This document shows, piece by piece, positions 51,532-61,350 of a stretch of 64,000 nucleotides of DNA. The notes below the pieces were generated by a model. The model was not told the origin of the DNA, did not search any database, and was given only the letters and a program-made list of their open reading frames with translations. The DNA is from Desulfomicrobium sp. Its GTDB lineage: Bacteria > Desulfobacterota > Desulfovibrionia > Desulfovibrionales > Desulfomicrobiaceae. The first letter of the stretch is position 1; every line of letters starts with the position of its first letter. The position numbers were made by a program, and so were the translations under genes. The stretch covers positions 1,504,001 through 1,568,000 of the forward strand of contig JAXGMI010000001.1 of the NCBI GenBank assembly GCA_040768745.1, given 5' to 3'.

Positions 51532-52217
51532 ATGGTTTTCCCTCTCGGTTCCGTCATCAATGCCCTGGCCATCCTGGTGGGAGGGGCGCTCGGCCTGCTG
51601 CTGCATGGAAGACTTCCGGAGAAAATGCGTCTGGTGGTGTTTCAGGGGCTGGGCCTGTGTGTTCTGGTCATCGGCATGCAGATGGCCCTGCAGGGGAAAA
51701 ACACGCTCCTGGTGGTCCTCAGCGTTCTGATCGGCGGGATCGTGGGTGAGCTTTGCGATCTGGAGGACCGGTTTGCCGGCCTGGCGGGACGGTTGAAGGG
51801 GCTGATCAAGTCCAGCAACACCCGCTTCGTGGAGGGGATGGTCAATGCGTCCCTGATCTATTGCATCGGGGCCATGGCCATCCTTGGCTCCTTTGACGAG
51901 GGCATCCGGGGCGACCACTCCATCCTGTTCACCAAGGCTTTGCTGGACGGGTTTGCGTCCATCGCCCTGGCTTCGACCTACGGGTCCGGGGTGCTTTTTC
52001 GGCCCTGCCCGTGCTGCTCTATCAGGGGCTTTTGACGGTATTCGCGGGGTCCTTCCAGTCATACTTCTCAGACTACCTCATCGCCCAGCTGACTGCCACG
52101 GGCGGCACGCTCATCCTGGGCATCGGCATCAACCTGCTGGGGCTGACGGTCATCCGTCTTTCCAGCCTTCTTCCCAGTCTGGTGGTCATCGTCATTCTCT
52201 CGGCCCTGCCCGTCTGA
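51532..52217 (+). pseudogene. DUF554 family membrane protein, frameshifted in a T5 run (51995-51999)
   Basis: GSVINALAILVGG; CIGAMAILGS; KALLDG; adding one T gives GVLFSALPVLLYQG and continues to TGGTLILGIGINLL. Confidence 0.82.
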
Positions 52218-52226
52218 CTGACGCTT

Positions 52227-52667
52227 TTAGGATGTGGGTACAGGGCGCTCTGCAAGTGTTTCGGGCAGTCCGGCCACGAAGTCCCGGATTTCGTCCCTGA
52301 CCCGGCGGTAGACGGTCAGGATCTCGGCCTCGTCCGTCATGCCGGCGCACAGGCCCGGTGGGTCGTCGAAGCCGCGGTGCACCCGGCGAGTCTGGCCCGG
52401 AAAGAAGGGGCAGGTCTCGCTGGCGTGCCCGCACAGCGTGACCACCACGTCGAACTCCAGGCCCGGCAGGTCGTCCAGGGTCTTGGACGAGTGGCCGGAC
52501 ATGTCCACTCCCGCCTCCTCCATCACACGCACGGCGTAGGGGTTCATGCCGTGGCGCGCGATGCCGGCCGAACTGGCCTCGATCTCGCCCCGTTTCAAAT
52601 GTCTGGCCCAGCCCTCGGCCATCTGGCTGCGGCAGGAGTTGCCCGTGCACAGGAACAGGATCTTCAT
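52227..52667 (-). CDS. arsC: arsenate reductase (thioredoxin-type, LMW-PTP fold)
   Basis: [38 protein letters not shown]...RRVRDEI. Confidence 0.94.
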   Translation of the reverse strand: MKILFLCTGNSCRSQMAEGWARHLKRGEIEASSAGIARHGMNPYAVRVMEEAGVDMSGHSSKTLDDLPGLEFDVVVTLCGHASETCPFFPGQTRRVHRGFDDPPGLCAGMTDEAEILTVYRRVRDEIRDFVAGLPETLAERPVPTS

Positions 52668-53770
52668 GCGCTCCCTCCGGGTTTGACCCGCATGTGGCAG
52701 ACGCCCTGCAATGTGGCCACGGCGTGGGGAAAGTATTTTTCCTTGAAGCGCAGGGCCACGCCCACCAGGGCGATGAGCACCGGCACTTCGACGAGAGGCC
52801 CGATGACGGCGGCGAAAGCCTGGCCCGAGTTGATGCCGAAGACCGCGATGGCCACGGCAATGGCCAGCTCGAAGTTGTTGGAGGCCGCCGTGAAGCTCAA
52901 GGTCGTGGACTGCTCGTAGGTCGCTCCGGCCCTGGCCGAGAGGTAGAAGGAGACCAGGAACATGACCAGGAAGTAGATCGTCAGGGGGATGGCCACCCGC
53001 ACCACGTCCAGGGGCAGCTGTACGATGTACTCGCCCTTGAGGGAGAACATGACCAGGATAGTGAAGAGCAGAAAGATGAGCGTGAAGGGGCTGATCTTCG
53101 GGATGAAGATCTTCTCGTACCAGTCCCTGCCCTTGGTCTTCAGGCCCACGAAGCGGGTGATCATGCCGCCCAGGAAGGGGATGCCCAGGTAGATGAACAC
53201 GCTCTTGGCGATCTGGCCCATGGAGATGTCCACCTCCATGCCGGTCAGACCGAACCAGCCGGGCAGAATGGTGATGAAGACCCATGCGTAGACCGAGAAG
53301 AAAAGGACCTGGAAGATGGAGTTGAAGGCCACCAGGCCCGCGCAGTACTCGGTGTCGCCCTTGGCCAGGTCGTTCCAGACGATGACCATGGCGATGCAGC
53401 GGGCCAGGCCGATGAGGATCAGGCCGACCATGTATTCCGGGTAGCCGGACAGCAGGGCGATGGCGGCCAACAGGAACATGAGGATGGGCCCGATGACCCA
53501 GTTCTGGACCAGGGACAGGGCCAGGACGCGGCCGCTGCGGAAGACGTGGCCGAGCTCCTCGTATTTCACCTTGGCCAGTGGCGGGTACATCATGATGATG
53601 AGGCCGATGGCGATGGGGATGTTGGTGGTCCCGACCTGGAAGGCATTGATGACATCCTTCACGCCGGGGGCCAGGTAGCCAAGCCCCACGCCGACGAACA
53701 TGGCCAGGAAGATCCACAGGGTCAGGTTGCGGTCCAGGAAGGAGAGTTTGCGGATGACGGATTCGGTCAT
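52664..53770 (-). CDS. acr3: arsenite efflux transporter Acr3
   Basis: [44 protein letters not shown]. Confidence 0.95.
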   Translation of the reverse strand: MTESVIRKLSFLDRNLTLWIFLAMFVGVGLGYLAPGVKDVINAFQVGTTNIPIAIGLIIMMYPPLAKVKYEELGHVFRSGRVLALSLVQNWVIGPILMFLLAAIALLSGYPEYMVGLILIGLARCIAMVIVWNDLAKGDTEYCAGLVAFNSIFQVLFFSVYAWVFITILPGWFGLTGMEVDISMGQIAKSVFIYLGIPFLGGMITRFVGLKTKGRDWYEKIFIPKISPFTLIFLLFTILVMFSLKGEYIVQLPLDVVRVAIPLTIYFLVMFLVSFYLSARAGATYEQSTTLSFTAASNNFELAIAVAIAVFGINSGQAFAAVIGPLVEVPVLIALVGVALRFKEKYFPHAVATLQGVCHMRVKPGGSA

Positions 53771-53790
53771 GGGGTTCTCTTTATGGGGGA

Positions 53791-54138
53791 TCAGTCACAG
53801 GACTGTGACGGTTTGACGGCGAGATAGGCGAAATAGCGTTGGTCGTCCTCCCGGCAGACGTCGTGCATGGGCAGCTCCTCCTTGAGGATGCCCGCGATGC
53901 GCGCCTGGAGGGACGGAACCGTATCCAGGAGGAGGTAGTGCATCCACTTCCCGCTGCGGCGGGCCTTGACCCATCCCGCGTTCTTCAGGGAGGACAGATG
54001 CCTGGAGACGGTTGACTGCGGGATTTGCAGGGCTTCCGTCAGGTCGCAGACGCACAGCTCGCCGTGGCGGAGCAATGCGATGATGCGCAGACGGGTGGGG
54101 TCGGACAGGGCTTTCAGGATTTCGGCGGTTCTTTCCAT
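53791..54138 (-). CDS. arsR: ArsR family repressor (ELCVCDL type)
   Basis: [31 protein letters not shown]; start 54138 or 54150. Confidence 0.92.
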   Translation of the reverse strand: MERTAEILKALSDPTRLRIIALLRHGELCVCDLTEALQIPQSTVSRHLSSLKNAGWVKARRSGKWMHYLLLDTVPSLQARIAGILKEELPMHDVCREDDQRYFAYLAVKPSQSCD

Positions 54139-54146
54139 GTCGGGAC

Positions 54147-54173
54147 ACATATTCGGATAGGCGGATATGTCAA
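54147..54173 (-). promoter_or_regulatory. candidate ArsR operator overlapping the -35 of arsR-acr3-arsC
   Basis: Imperfect palindrome ACATATTCG-GATAGG-CGGATATGT overlapping TTGACA on the minus strand (54168-54173). Confidence 0.7.
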
Positions 54174-54311
54174 GAGCCGAAATCCTCTTGTGCCCTGCCG
54201 GGCTCTGGGCGTAGTTCTGCAAAGGGAAAAATATCCATGCGTCGGGAATCGGACGCGGGTGGCGCTTGCCGCCGGTCCACCTCCATTCCCAGGCGCGACG
54301 AGGAAGGGGTC

Positions 54312-55214
54312 ATGAACGAGGTCTGGTTTGCCCTGGGTTTGACCGCTTTCGCCGGCCTGGCGACGGGTATCGGCAGCATCATCGCCTTCACGGCCAAGCT
54401 GTCGAGCTACCGCTTTTTGTCCGTGGCCACGGGCTTTTCGGCAGGGGTGATGCTCTACGTCTCCTTCGTCGAGATTTTCTTCAAGGGCCAGGCATCCCTG
54501 GTCCAGCATTACGGCGATCCGGCCGGGCATTGGGTCAACGCGGCCGCGTTTTTCGGCGGGATGCTCCTGATCGGCCTCATCGACAATCTGATCCCCGAAG
54601 AGACCAACCCCCACGAGATACCGTCCGAGGCCGAGTCGGACATGCTGCACGGCAAAAGCGCGTCTGTCTGGGACATCGGCAAGAATGCCGCGTGTCCCAA
54701 GACGGCCGGGAAAATGGTCAAGCCAGGGCCGGGGCATGAAAAAAAGCTGCTGCGCATGGGCCTTTTCACCGCCCTGGCCATCGGCATCCACAATTTTCCC
54801 GAGGGTCTGGCCACCTTCCTGGCCGCCCTGCATGACCCCAGCCTGGGCATCGCCATTGCCGTGGCCATCGCCCTGCACAACATCCCCGAGGGGGTCAGCG
54901 TGGCCGTGCCCATCTATTACGCCACGGGCAAGCGGCGCACGGCCTTTTACTATTCCCTGCTGAGCGGCCTGGCCGAACCCATCGGGGCGGGCGTTGCCTA
55001 TCTGGGCATCCTTTTTTTTGCCGGCGGACCGGGCGGGGTGCTGCCGCCGCAGCTCATGGGTATCCTCTTCGGCGGGGTGGCCGGAATCATGGTCTACATC
55101 AGCCTCGACGAACTCCTGCCCACCAGCCGGGCCTATGGCCAAGGCCACGACAGCCTCTTCGGCCTGGTGGGCGGCATGGTGGTCATGGCTCTGAGCCTGC
55201 TTTTGATGAAGTAG
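54312..55214 (+). CDS. zupT: ZIP family zinc transporter ZupT
   Basis: [52 protein letters not shown]. Confidence 0.93.
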   Translation: MNEVWFALGLTAFAGLATGIGSIIAFTAKLSSYRFLSVATGFSAGVMLYVSFVEIFFKGQASLVQHYGDPAGHWVNAAAFFGGMLLIGLIDNLIPEETNPHEIPSEAESDMLHGKSASVWDIGKNAACPKTAGKMVKPGPGHEKKLLRMGLFTALAIGIHNFPEGLATFLAALHDPSLGIAIAVAIALHNIPEGVSVAVPIYYATGKRRTAFYYSLLSGLAEPIGAGVAYLGILFFAGGPGGVLPPQLMGILFGGVAGIMVYISLDELLPTSRAYGQGHDSLFGLVGGMVVMALSLLLMK

Positions 55215-55216
55215 TT

Positions 55217-55921
55217 TCAGACGGGCAGGAAAGGGCGGGCCATGAAATAGAGTCCCATGGCTCCGATGAAACCGCCCGCCATGCGGCGAAAAGCCGTGCC
55301 GCCGCGTTGCCAGGAGGCATTGGCCATCAGGCGGCGGACCAGGGCCGTGGAGCTGCCGGCGACCACGATGGGGATGCAATGCCCCAGACCGAACAGGACG
55401 ATGAGCAGGATGCCGGTCATGACCTTTTCCTGCACCGTGATGACGGCCAGGATGGGCGCGATGAACCCGAAGGTGCAGGAGCCCGACAGGATGCCGTAGG
55501 CCAGGCCGAGCACGAAAGCCCCACCCATGCCGCGCAGCTTGAAGCGGCCCATGAGGCTCCCGCCCAGGGAGCATTTGGCCACACCGAGCATGTCCAAGGC
55601 CACCCACAGCAGGATCAGGCCCACGACGATGGTCCAGTACGGTCCCGCATCGCCGAGCATGCGGCCAAGCAGGGCGCAGACCACGCCGATGACCGCGATG
55701 GTCAGGAACAGCCCGGTCGTGAACAGGCCAGCATAGAGTGCGGCCTGTCTGCCTTCCACCAATTTGTCCTGCCCCGCCACATAGCCGACGATGAGGGGGA
55801 TGGAGGCCAGATGGCAGGGGCTGAAGAGCACGCTGACCACGCCCCACAAAAAGCAGCCCAGGGCCGCAAGCCCCGCACCGGACCCCATCCACTGGTTGAT
55901 GAGGATCAGGAACTGGTCCAT
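55217..55921 (-). CDS. ccdA: CcdA/DsbD-beta family thiol:disulfide transporter
   Basis: SVLFSPCHLASIP and SGSCTFGFIAP; multiple TM segments. Confidence 0.85.
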   Translation of the reverse strand: MDQFLILINQWMGSGAGLAALGCFLWGVVSVLFSPCHLASIPLIVGYVAGQDKLVEGRQAALYAGLFTTGLFLTIAVIGVVCALLGRMLGDAGPYWTIVVGLILLWVALDMLGVAKCSLGGSLMGRFKLRGMGGAFVLGLAYGILSGSCTFGFIAPILAVITVQEKVMTGILLIVLFGLGHCIPIVVAGSSTALVRRLMANASWQRGGTAFRRMAGGFIGAMGLYFMARPFLPV

Positions 55922-55925
55922 GCGG

Positions 55926-56312
55926 TTACTCCACGCCCAGCTTGGTCAGCACCTTGATGATGGATTCCTTGTCGAAATATCCCTCGTGGCGCATGACCTC
56001 CGTGCCGTCCTTGTCGTAGAAGATCTGGGTCGGGATGGCCCGGATGTCGAACTTTTCGGATTCCTTTGGGTTTTTCCAGACGTCGATGAAGACGATGCCG
56101 GCCCTGCCTTCGTATTCTTCGGACAGGGACTCGATGACCGGGATCATCATCTTGCACGGGATGCAGGCTTTTGCGCCGATGTCGACCATGGTGACCATGC
56201 CCTTGAGGGGCACTTCCTGGGGATCGCCGGAGATGAGCGGAGACGGGGCGGCAAGCGCCTGGCTGGCGGAAGCGAGGAAGAGGAAGGCGAGGAGAAGACG
56301 AAGGAATTTCAT
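55926..56312 (-). CDS. exported thioredoxin-family protein
   Basis: Signal peptide; CIPCK; IPTQIFYDKDG...RHEG. Confidence 0.9.
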   Translation of the reverse strand: MKFLRLLLAFLFLASASQALAAPSPLISGDPQEVPLKGMVTMVDIGAKACIPCKMMIPVIESLSEEYEGRAGIVFIDVWKNPKESEKFDIRAIPTQIFYDKDGTEVMRHEGYFDKESIIKVLTKLGVE

Positions 56313-56443
56313 GGGAACCTCGGTTACAGGTCGGTTTTGCGAAGGAATTGCGGATTCAAGGCAACATTCGTTCCCGTGCGAGGTCCGTGGCGATGCGGCT
56401 CCCGGGGCCGGTGCGCTGGGAAGTGCATCGCCGCGGGGGTGCG

Positions 56444-56679
56444 TCATGCCTTCAGCCAGGCAACCACATCGGCCTTCTTTGGCACCTTGCCCATGACTTT
56501 GACCGTGCCGTCCACAGCCACGGCCGGGGTGGTGAACACGCCGAACTTGGCGATCTCGGTGAAGTCGCTGACCTTCTCCAGGCTGGCCTCCACACCGGAT
56601 TCGGCGATGGCCGCCTCGACGATCTTGAATGTTTCCGTGCACTTGGGGCAACCTGGGCCCATGACGTGAACTTTTTCAT
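56444..56679 (-). pseudogene. small redox-active disulfide protein (MTH895-like thioredoxin), frameshifted in an A5 run just after the ATG
   Basis: GPGCPKC...GVFTTPAVAVDG; adding one A gives MKKVHVMGPGCPKC behind a GGAG SD; probably intact in vivo. Confidence 0.85.
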
Positions 56680-56707
56680 GACTGCTCCATAGATGTTGAA
56701 TGATGAA

Positions 56708-56723
56708 TTGGCGAAACGGCCAA
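56708..56723. promoter_or_regulatory. candidate operator TTGGC-N6-GCCAA upstream of the small thioredoxin gene
   Basis: TTGGCGAAACGGCCAA; the same motif occurs at 57062. Confidence 0.55.
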
Positions 56724-56726
56724 GAA

Positions 56727-57041
56727 TCAGCCCAGCCGGTCTCGGGCCGTGAGCACCGAATCCAGGCAGTGGAAGAAATTCAGCACGCAGGGTACGCGCA
56801 GCCGGTAGTAGACCTGCTTGCCCCGCTTCTCGTCCTCCACGATGCCCGCGTCCTTCAGCAGCGCGAGATGCTTGGAGACCGTGGACAGGTCGCACCCCGC
56901 CAAGTCCCGCAGGTCGCAGACGCAACGCTCGCCGCGCGACAACTCCTCGATCATCATGAGGCGGGTCGGATGGGCCAGGGACTTCATGACCTTGGCGCGG
57001 GCCTCGAAATCGGTTTTGGCGGTGGGGATGGGGAAGAGCAT
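56727..57041 (-). CDS. second ArsR/SmtB family repressor
   Basis: KSLAHPTRL; GERCVCDL; STVSKHLALLK; RVPCVLNFFHCL. Confidence 0.92.
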   Translation of the reverse strand: MLFPIPTAKTDFEARAKVMKSLAHPTRLMMIEELSRGERCVCDLRDLAGCDLSTVSKHLALLKDAGIVEDEKRGKQVYYRLRVPCVLNFFHCLDSVLTARDRLG

Positions 57042-57061
57042 GGTTGTCCTCGCGTATTTAT

Positions 57062-57077
57062 TTGGCTATATGGCCAA
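57062..57077. promoter_or_regulatory. candidate operator TTGGC-N6-GCCAA in the divergent ArsR/permease promoter
   Basis: TTGGCTATATGGCCAA. Confidence 0.6.
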
Positions 57078-57115
57078 GCGTTCTGCGGGTCAAACTTTTA
57101 CCTGGATGGGGATGC

Positions 57116-58417
57116 ATGAACTGGAGAGAAGAGTGGAAGCCGCTGGCCGTCATCGCGACCATATTCCTGGCCTGTTTCTATCTGCCCGTGGGCACGCAAC
57201 GCTTTGACAGTGCCATCCTCGAAGCGTTTCACCTCGTCAAGTGGTATGCAAGAGAGCACGTGCTACTGTGCCTGATCCCGGCCTTCTTCATCGCCGGGGC
57301 CATCTCGGTCTTCGTCAGCCAGGGTTCGGTCATGAAGTACCTGGGGGCCAAGGCCAACAAGGTCCTGGCCTACGGCGTGGCCTCGGTCTCGGGCACCATC
57401 CTGGCCGTATGCTCCTGCACGGTGCTGCCGCTCTTCGCAGGTATCTGGCGAATGGGAGCAGGACTTGGTCCGGCATGTGCGTTCCTCTATTCCGGCCCGG
57501 CCATCAACGTGCTGGCCATCGTCATGACGGCCCGCGTCTTAGGTCCGGAATTAGGTATGGCTCGCGCTGTGGGGGCCATCTCTTTCAGTGTGATCATTGG
57601 TGCCCTTATGCACATCATTTTCCGCAAAGAAGAAGCGGGGAGAACTGAAATACAGATGGCCCAGATTGAGGAAGACGTGAAACGCCCCCTGTGGCAGAAC
57701 GCCCTGTACTTCGCTTCCATGGTCGGCATCCTGGTTTTCGCCAACTGGGGCAAACCACAGACGGATTACGGGTTGTGGGCCGTCATTTTCGGAGCCAAGT
57801 GGGTCGTGACGTCCGTCTTCGCCGCAGCCCTGGGCGCCATGCTCGTAGGCTGGTTCGGCGTACGGACCTGGAAGGTCGGTGTCGCGGCCGTTCCCGTCAT
57901 CATTCTTGCGCTCATTTTTTCCGAGCAGCCCCTGCTGGCCTTCACGGCCGGAGTCATCGGCCTGTCCGTCTTCACCAGCACCGACGAAGGCGAGGTCGGG
58001 GACTGGTTTTCCTCGTCCTGGGGATTCGCCAAGCAGATCCTGCCGCTGCTGCTCTTCGGCGTGCTCATCGCCGGCGCACTCCTGGGCCGCGTGGGGTATG
58101 AGGGCCTCATCCCGTCGGAATGGGTGGCCAAGGCCGTGGGCGGCAATTCATTCATGGCCAACTTCTTCGCCTCCTTCGCCGGGGCCTTCATGTATTTTGC
58201 CACCCTGACCGAGGTGCCCATTGTTCAGGGCCTCATCGGCGCGGGCATGGGCAAGGGCCCGGCCCTGGCCCTGCTTCTGGCCGGCCCGGCGCTGAGCCTT
58301 CCGAACATGCTGGTCATCAACAGCATCATGGGTGCGAGGAAGACTGTCGTCTTTGTCGGCCTGGTCATCGTCATGGCCACCGTTTCGGGCCTTTTTTACG
58401 GAGCGGTGTGGGGGTAA
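57116..58417 (+). CDS. DUF318/ArsP-like permease
   Basis: LAVCSCTVLPLF; FLYSGPAINV; YFATLTEVP; LLAGPALSLP. Confidence 0.88.
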   Translation: MNWREEWKPLAVIATIFLACFYLPVGTQRFDSAILEAFHLVKWYAREHVLLCLIPAFFIAGAISVFVSQGSVMKYLGAKANKVLAYGVASVSGTILAVCSCTVLPLFAGIWRMGAGLGPACAFLYSGPAINVLAIVMTARVLGPELGMARAVGAISFSVIIGALMHIIFRKEEAGRTEIQMAQIEEDVKRPLWQNALYFASMVGILVFANWGKPQTDYGLWAVIFGAKWVVTSVFAAALGAMLVGWFGVRTWKVGVAAVPVIILALIFSEQPLLAFTAGVIGLSVFTSTDEGEVGDWFSSSWGFAKQILPLLLFGVLIAGALLGRVGYEGLIPSEWVAKAVGGNSFMANFFASFAGAFMYFATLTEVPIVQGLIGAGMGKGPALALLLAGPALSLPNMLVINSIMGARKTVVFVGLVIVMATVSGLFYGAVWG

Positions 58418-58546
58418 TTCGGCAGGGTTCCAGGGATCATGGCATACGTGCAGAATCTGGTTTCTGGTTGTGAGCCGGGGGATGTTCTTCAGGACAGCAT
58501 CACGCCTTCGTGAGGATGTGTACGGACCAGGCCCCAGATGGGTGCG

Positions 58547-59782
58547 TCACCCGTTGGGCAGAATGGCCTGGGAGCAGTCCTGTTGCAGGCAGAACGTGCC
58601 GAGGAGGCCGTCGTCAAGAACACTGCCATGAAGGGAGGACTTCAAGGTCGAGATTTCTTCAGGCAGATAGCGTCCGTACATCTTGATGGGTATTTCCGGG
58701 ATGGAGACTGTCGGCGACGCTGCGAGGGTGAGCAGATATTCGATCAGATACGCTGCGTTTTGGCCGAGGGGCCCGGAATACCGCTGTCTCTGCCGCAGCC
58801 GCAGCACCCTGAGTTCATGCAGGGAGCGTCCGAATTCCGACTCCATGAGTTCTTCAGGGGTGGTCAGGATGAGCTCAAGCCGGATAGAGGGCGCGCCGTC
58901 GCCTACATAACGGCCAATATTGTTTCGAATATCGCTGGGGTTGAGTCCGCGTTTCCGCGCGATGTCCCAGTCCAGGTCCCTCAGACGGGCCGTCACCACA
59001 TCCGCCGATGGCAGGCTGATGTCCAGCAGCAGGTTGACCGCGTTGTAGTCTCCGCTGTGCCGTTCAATTTCCACCACAGTCATCCCTGGTTCGTCGCCCA
59101 GAATTGCCGGCAGGCGGTCAAGGGTCGCCTGCGGGGCAATGATCTTGAAGCCGAGAATATCGTTGATGGTCAGATCGGCAGGGTCAATGCGAATGGTCTT
59201 GTCCATGAAGCTCCGGGCAACGGCATCTTCGGCTTCGATAAAATCGTGCTGCATGGTTGCCTCGGAACTGACAAAAGTGTCCAGGGCCACCCCTGCTGCG
59301 GCAGCCCGCTGAGTGGCGAGCTGGCGGGCCTTGGACTGAATTTCCTTGAAAAGGGCTTCGACCAGACGGAAGGACACCTTTTCGGCAATGCGGGTCAGCC
59401 GCTTGATGCGGCCGATGGCCACCAGGCGGGCCGCACTGTCGGTAATGACGGTGGCGTCGATGGGCAGATAAGGGAAAAAATACGTTGGGTTTTTGAGAAA
59501 ATGCCCGGCCAGTTCATCCGTGCGGGAATTCCGAACAGGGAGGCAGGAGATGATGCGCTCACGGAGTTCATGCTTGAGGCGCACCCGCTCCATCTGCAGG
59601 GGATGGCCCATGAATTCCGACAGAAATTGAAGAATCCGTTCCATGACGATGGCCGAGATGGCGCTTTCGTACACAAATATGCGAGTTATCTTCTCCCCAT
59701 CGTCTGGATGGAAGTCGTCGTTCATCCATCGCAGGGTCAGGTCGAAGAGTTCATTCCGGTGGGTCATGGCTGTCAGATACAT
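58547..59782 (-). CDS. hypothetical protein with divergent RelA/SpoT synthetase-like (nucleotidyltransferase-fold) motifs
   Basis: 411-aa ORF with AGGA SD, 90 bp after glnA; GRIKRLTRIAEK, INDILGFKII, SGDYNAVN and LELILTT...ESEFGRSLH. Confidence 0.7.
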   Translation of the reverse strand: MYLTAMTHRNELFDLTLRWMNDDFHPDDGEKITRIFVYESAISAIVMERILQFLSEFMGHPLQMERVRLKHELRERIISCLPVRNSRTDELAGHFLKNPTYFFPYLPIDATVITDSAARLVAIGRIKRLTRIAEKVSFRLVEALFKEIQSKARQLATQRAAAAGVALDTFVSSEATMQHDFIEAEDAVARSFMDKTIRIDPADLTINDILGFKIIAPQATLDRLPAILGDEPGMTVVEIERHSGDYNAVNLLLDISLPSADVVTARLRDLDWDIARKRGLNPSDIRNNIGRYVGDGAPSIRLELILTTPEELMESEFGRSLHELRVLRLRQRQRYSGPLGQNAAYLIEYLLTLAASPTVSIPEIPIKMYGRYLPEEISTLKSSLHGSVLDDGLLGTFCLQQDCSQAILPNG

Positions 59783-59872
59783 GGCTTCCTGTTCTCTTCA
59801 CCGGCTGCAGAGTTTTTTCCGCACGGCGTTCCGTATCCGATGCCCGCAGCAGGGCAGGCGCAATGCAGAAGT

Positions 59873-61219
59873 CTACAGCCGCGGCAGGTACCGTTCCAGC
59901 TCGTAATTCGTGACCTGCGAACGGTATTGGTCCCATTCCACGCGTTTGTTGTCCAGGAACTTGCTGAAGATATGCCCGCCCAGGGCTTCGCGGACCAGGG
60001 TGCTGCCTTCCATGGCCTCCAGGGCACGCTCCAGGCTGCCAGGCAGACTGTCGATGCCGCGATCCCGACGCTGGCTGGCGGTCATCGTGTAGATGTCCTC
60101 TTCCACGGGAGCCGTCAGGGCGTAGTTGTCCTCAATACCCTTGAGACCGGCTGCGAGCATGCAGGCAAAGGCCAGGTAGGGATTGCAGGCCGGATCCGGG
60201 GAGCGCAATTCCACGCGGGTGGCCGCTTCCTTGCCAGGCTTGTACATGGGCACACGGACCAAAGTGGAGCGGTTGCGCCTGGCCCAGGCGATGTTGGTCG
60301 GGGCCTCGAAGCCAGGCACCAAGCGCTTGTAGGAATTGACCCACTGGTTGGTCACGGCGGTGAATTCCTTGCAGTGGCTGAGCAGTCCGGCAATGTAGGA
60401 CTTGGCCTCGCGGCTCAGCTGGTGTTCCCCGTCGGCATCGTAGAAGAGGTTGCGGCCGTTCTTGAACAGGGACTGGTGCACATGCATGCCGCTGCCATTC
60501 TCGCCATACAGGGGTTTGGGCATGAAGGTCGCGTAGCAGCCGTTCTGGCGGGCGATCTCCTTGACCACCACCCGATAAGTGATGGCTGTGTCGGCCATTC
60601 TGAGGGCGTCGGCATAGCGCAGAGCCAGCTCGTGCTGGCTGGGCGCGACCTCATGGTGGCCATACTCCACGTGGACACCCATGGAACGCAAGCAGGAAAT
60701 GATTTCGCGGCGGATTTCCCCGGCCAGGTCCAGCGGGGGCGCGTCGAAATACCCACCAGGGTCCAAGGGTTTGGGAGAGGCTGCGCTTTCGAACAGAAAG
60801 AATTCCAATTCTGGTCCGACATAGAAGGAGTACCCTTTGGATGCGGCGGCCTGCAGGTTCCGCTTCAGGCAATGGCGGCTATCGCCGGCAAAGGGGGCCC
60901 CGCTTGGTTCCAGGATGTCGCAGAACATGCGGGCCATGGGGGCGGCAGTGGGTTTCCATGTCACAAGCTGGAACGTGGCCGGGTCAGGCACGGCAATCAT
61001 GTCACTTTCTTCAATTCTGCAAAAGCCCTCCAGGGATGATCCATCAAAACCCATGCCCTCTTCGAAGGCGGCTTCCAACTCGCCAGGCAGGACCTGGAAA
61101 CTCTTCAGGGTTCCAAGCACATCCACAAACCAGAACTGGACCAGCTCTATCTTGTGTTCGCGCACGGCCTTCACCACATCGTCGGAATTCTTGCAGTTGA
61201 AAATGGGAAAATCTGGCAT
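59873..61219 (-). CDS. glnA: glutamine synthetase type I (alpha-like)
   Basis: GFDGSS, GPELEFF, HHEVAPSQHE, ATFMPKP...NGSGMHVHQS, NSYKRLVPG and RVELRSPD. Confidence 0.96.
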   Translation of the reverse strand: MPDFPIFNCKNSDDVVKAVREHKIELVQFWFVDVLGTLKSFQVLPGELEAAFEEGMGFDGSSLEGFCRIEESDMIAVPDPATFQLVTWKPTAAPMARMFCDILEPSGAPFAGDSRHCLKRNLQAAASKGYSFYVGPELEFFLFESAASPKPLDPGGYFDAPPLDLAGEIRREIISCLRSMGVHVEYGHHEVAPSQHELALRYADALRMADTAITYRVVVKEIARQNGCYATFMPKPLYGENGSGMHVHQSLFKNGRNLFYDADGEHQLSREAKSYIAGLLSHCKEFTAVTNQWVNSYKRLVPGFEAPTNIAWARRNRSTLVRVPMYKPGKEAATRVELRSPDPACNPYLAFACMLAAGLKGIEDNYALTAPVEEDIYTMTASQRRDRGIDSLPGSLERALEAMEGSTLVREALGGHIFSKFLDNKRVEWDQYRSQVTNYELERYLPRL

Positions 61220-61350
61220 GACTGTCCTCCACAGGGGCGATGTTTTTTTACTTTGCTACCAAAGTGAAGGGCGGTTGTCTTGTTGGTGGACGTGATTTGC
61301 AAAATTGGAAATTTGCTGTGCGCATGGGCCGAACAGGGTGGAGGAAACGT

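Noticed and set aside
52227..53717. 496-aa ORF suggesting a long ArsC fusion
   Set aside because: The upstream part is an alternative frame of acr3; arsC starts at ATG 52667, overlapping the acr3 stop
58538..61039. 833-aa plus-strand ORF
   Set aside because: Antisense to glnA and the 411-aa ORF; no recognisable protein features
61240..61330. sigma54 promoter or nitrogen-regulator box upstream of glnA (palindrome ACTTTG-CTAC-CAAAGT)
   Set aside because: No correctly spaced -24/-12 on the minus strand; the 6-bp palindrome is too short to call
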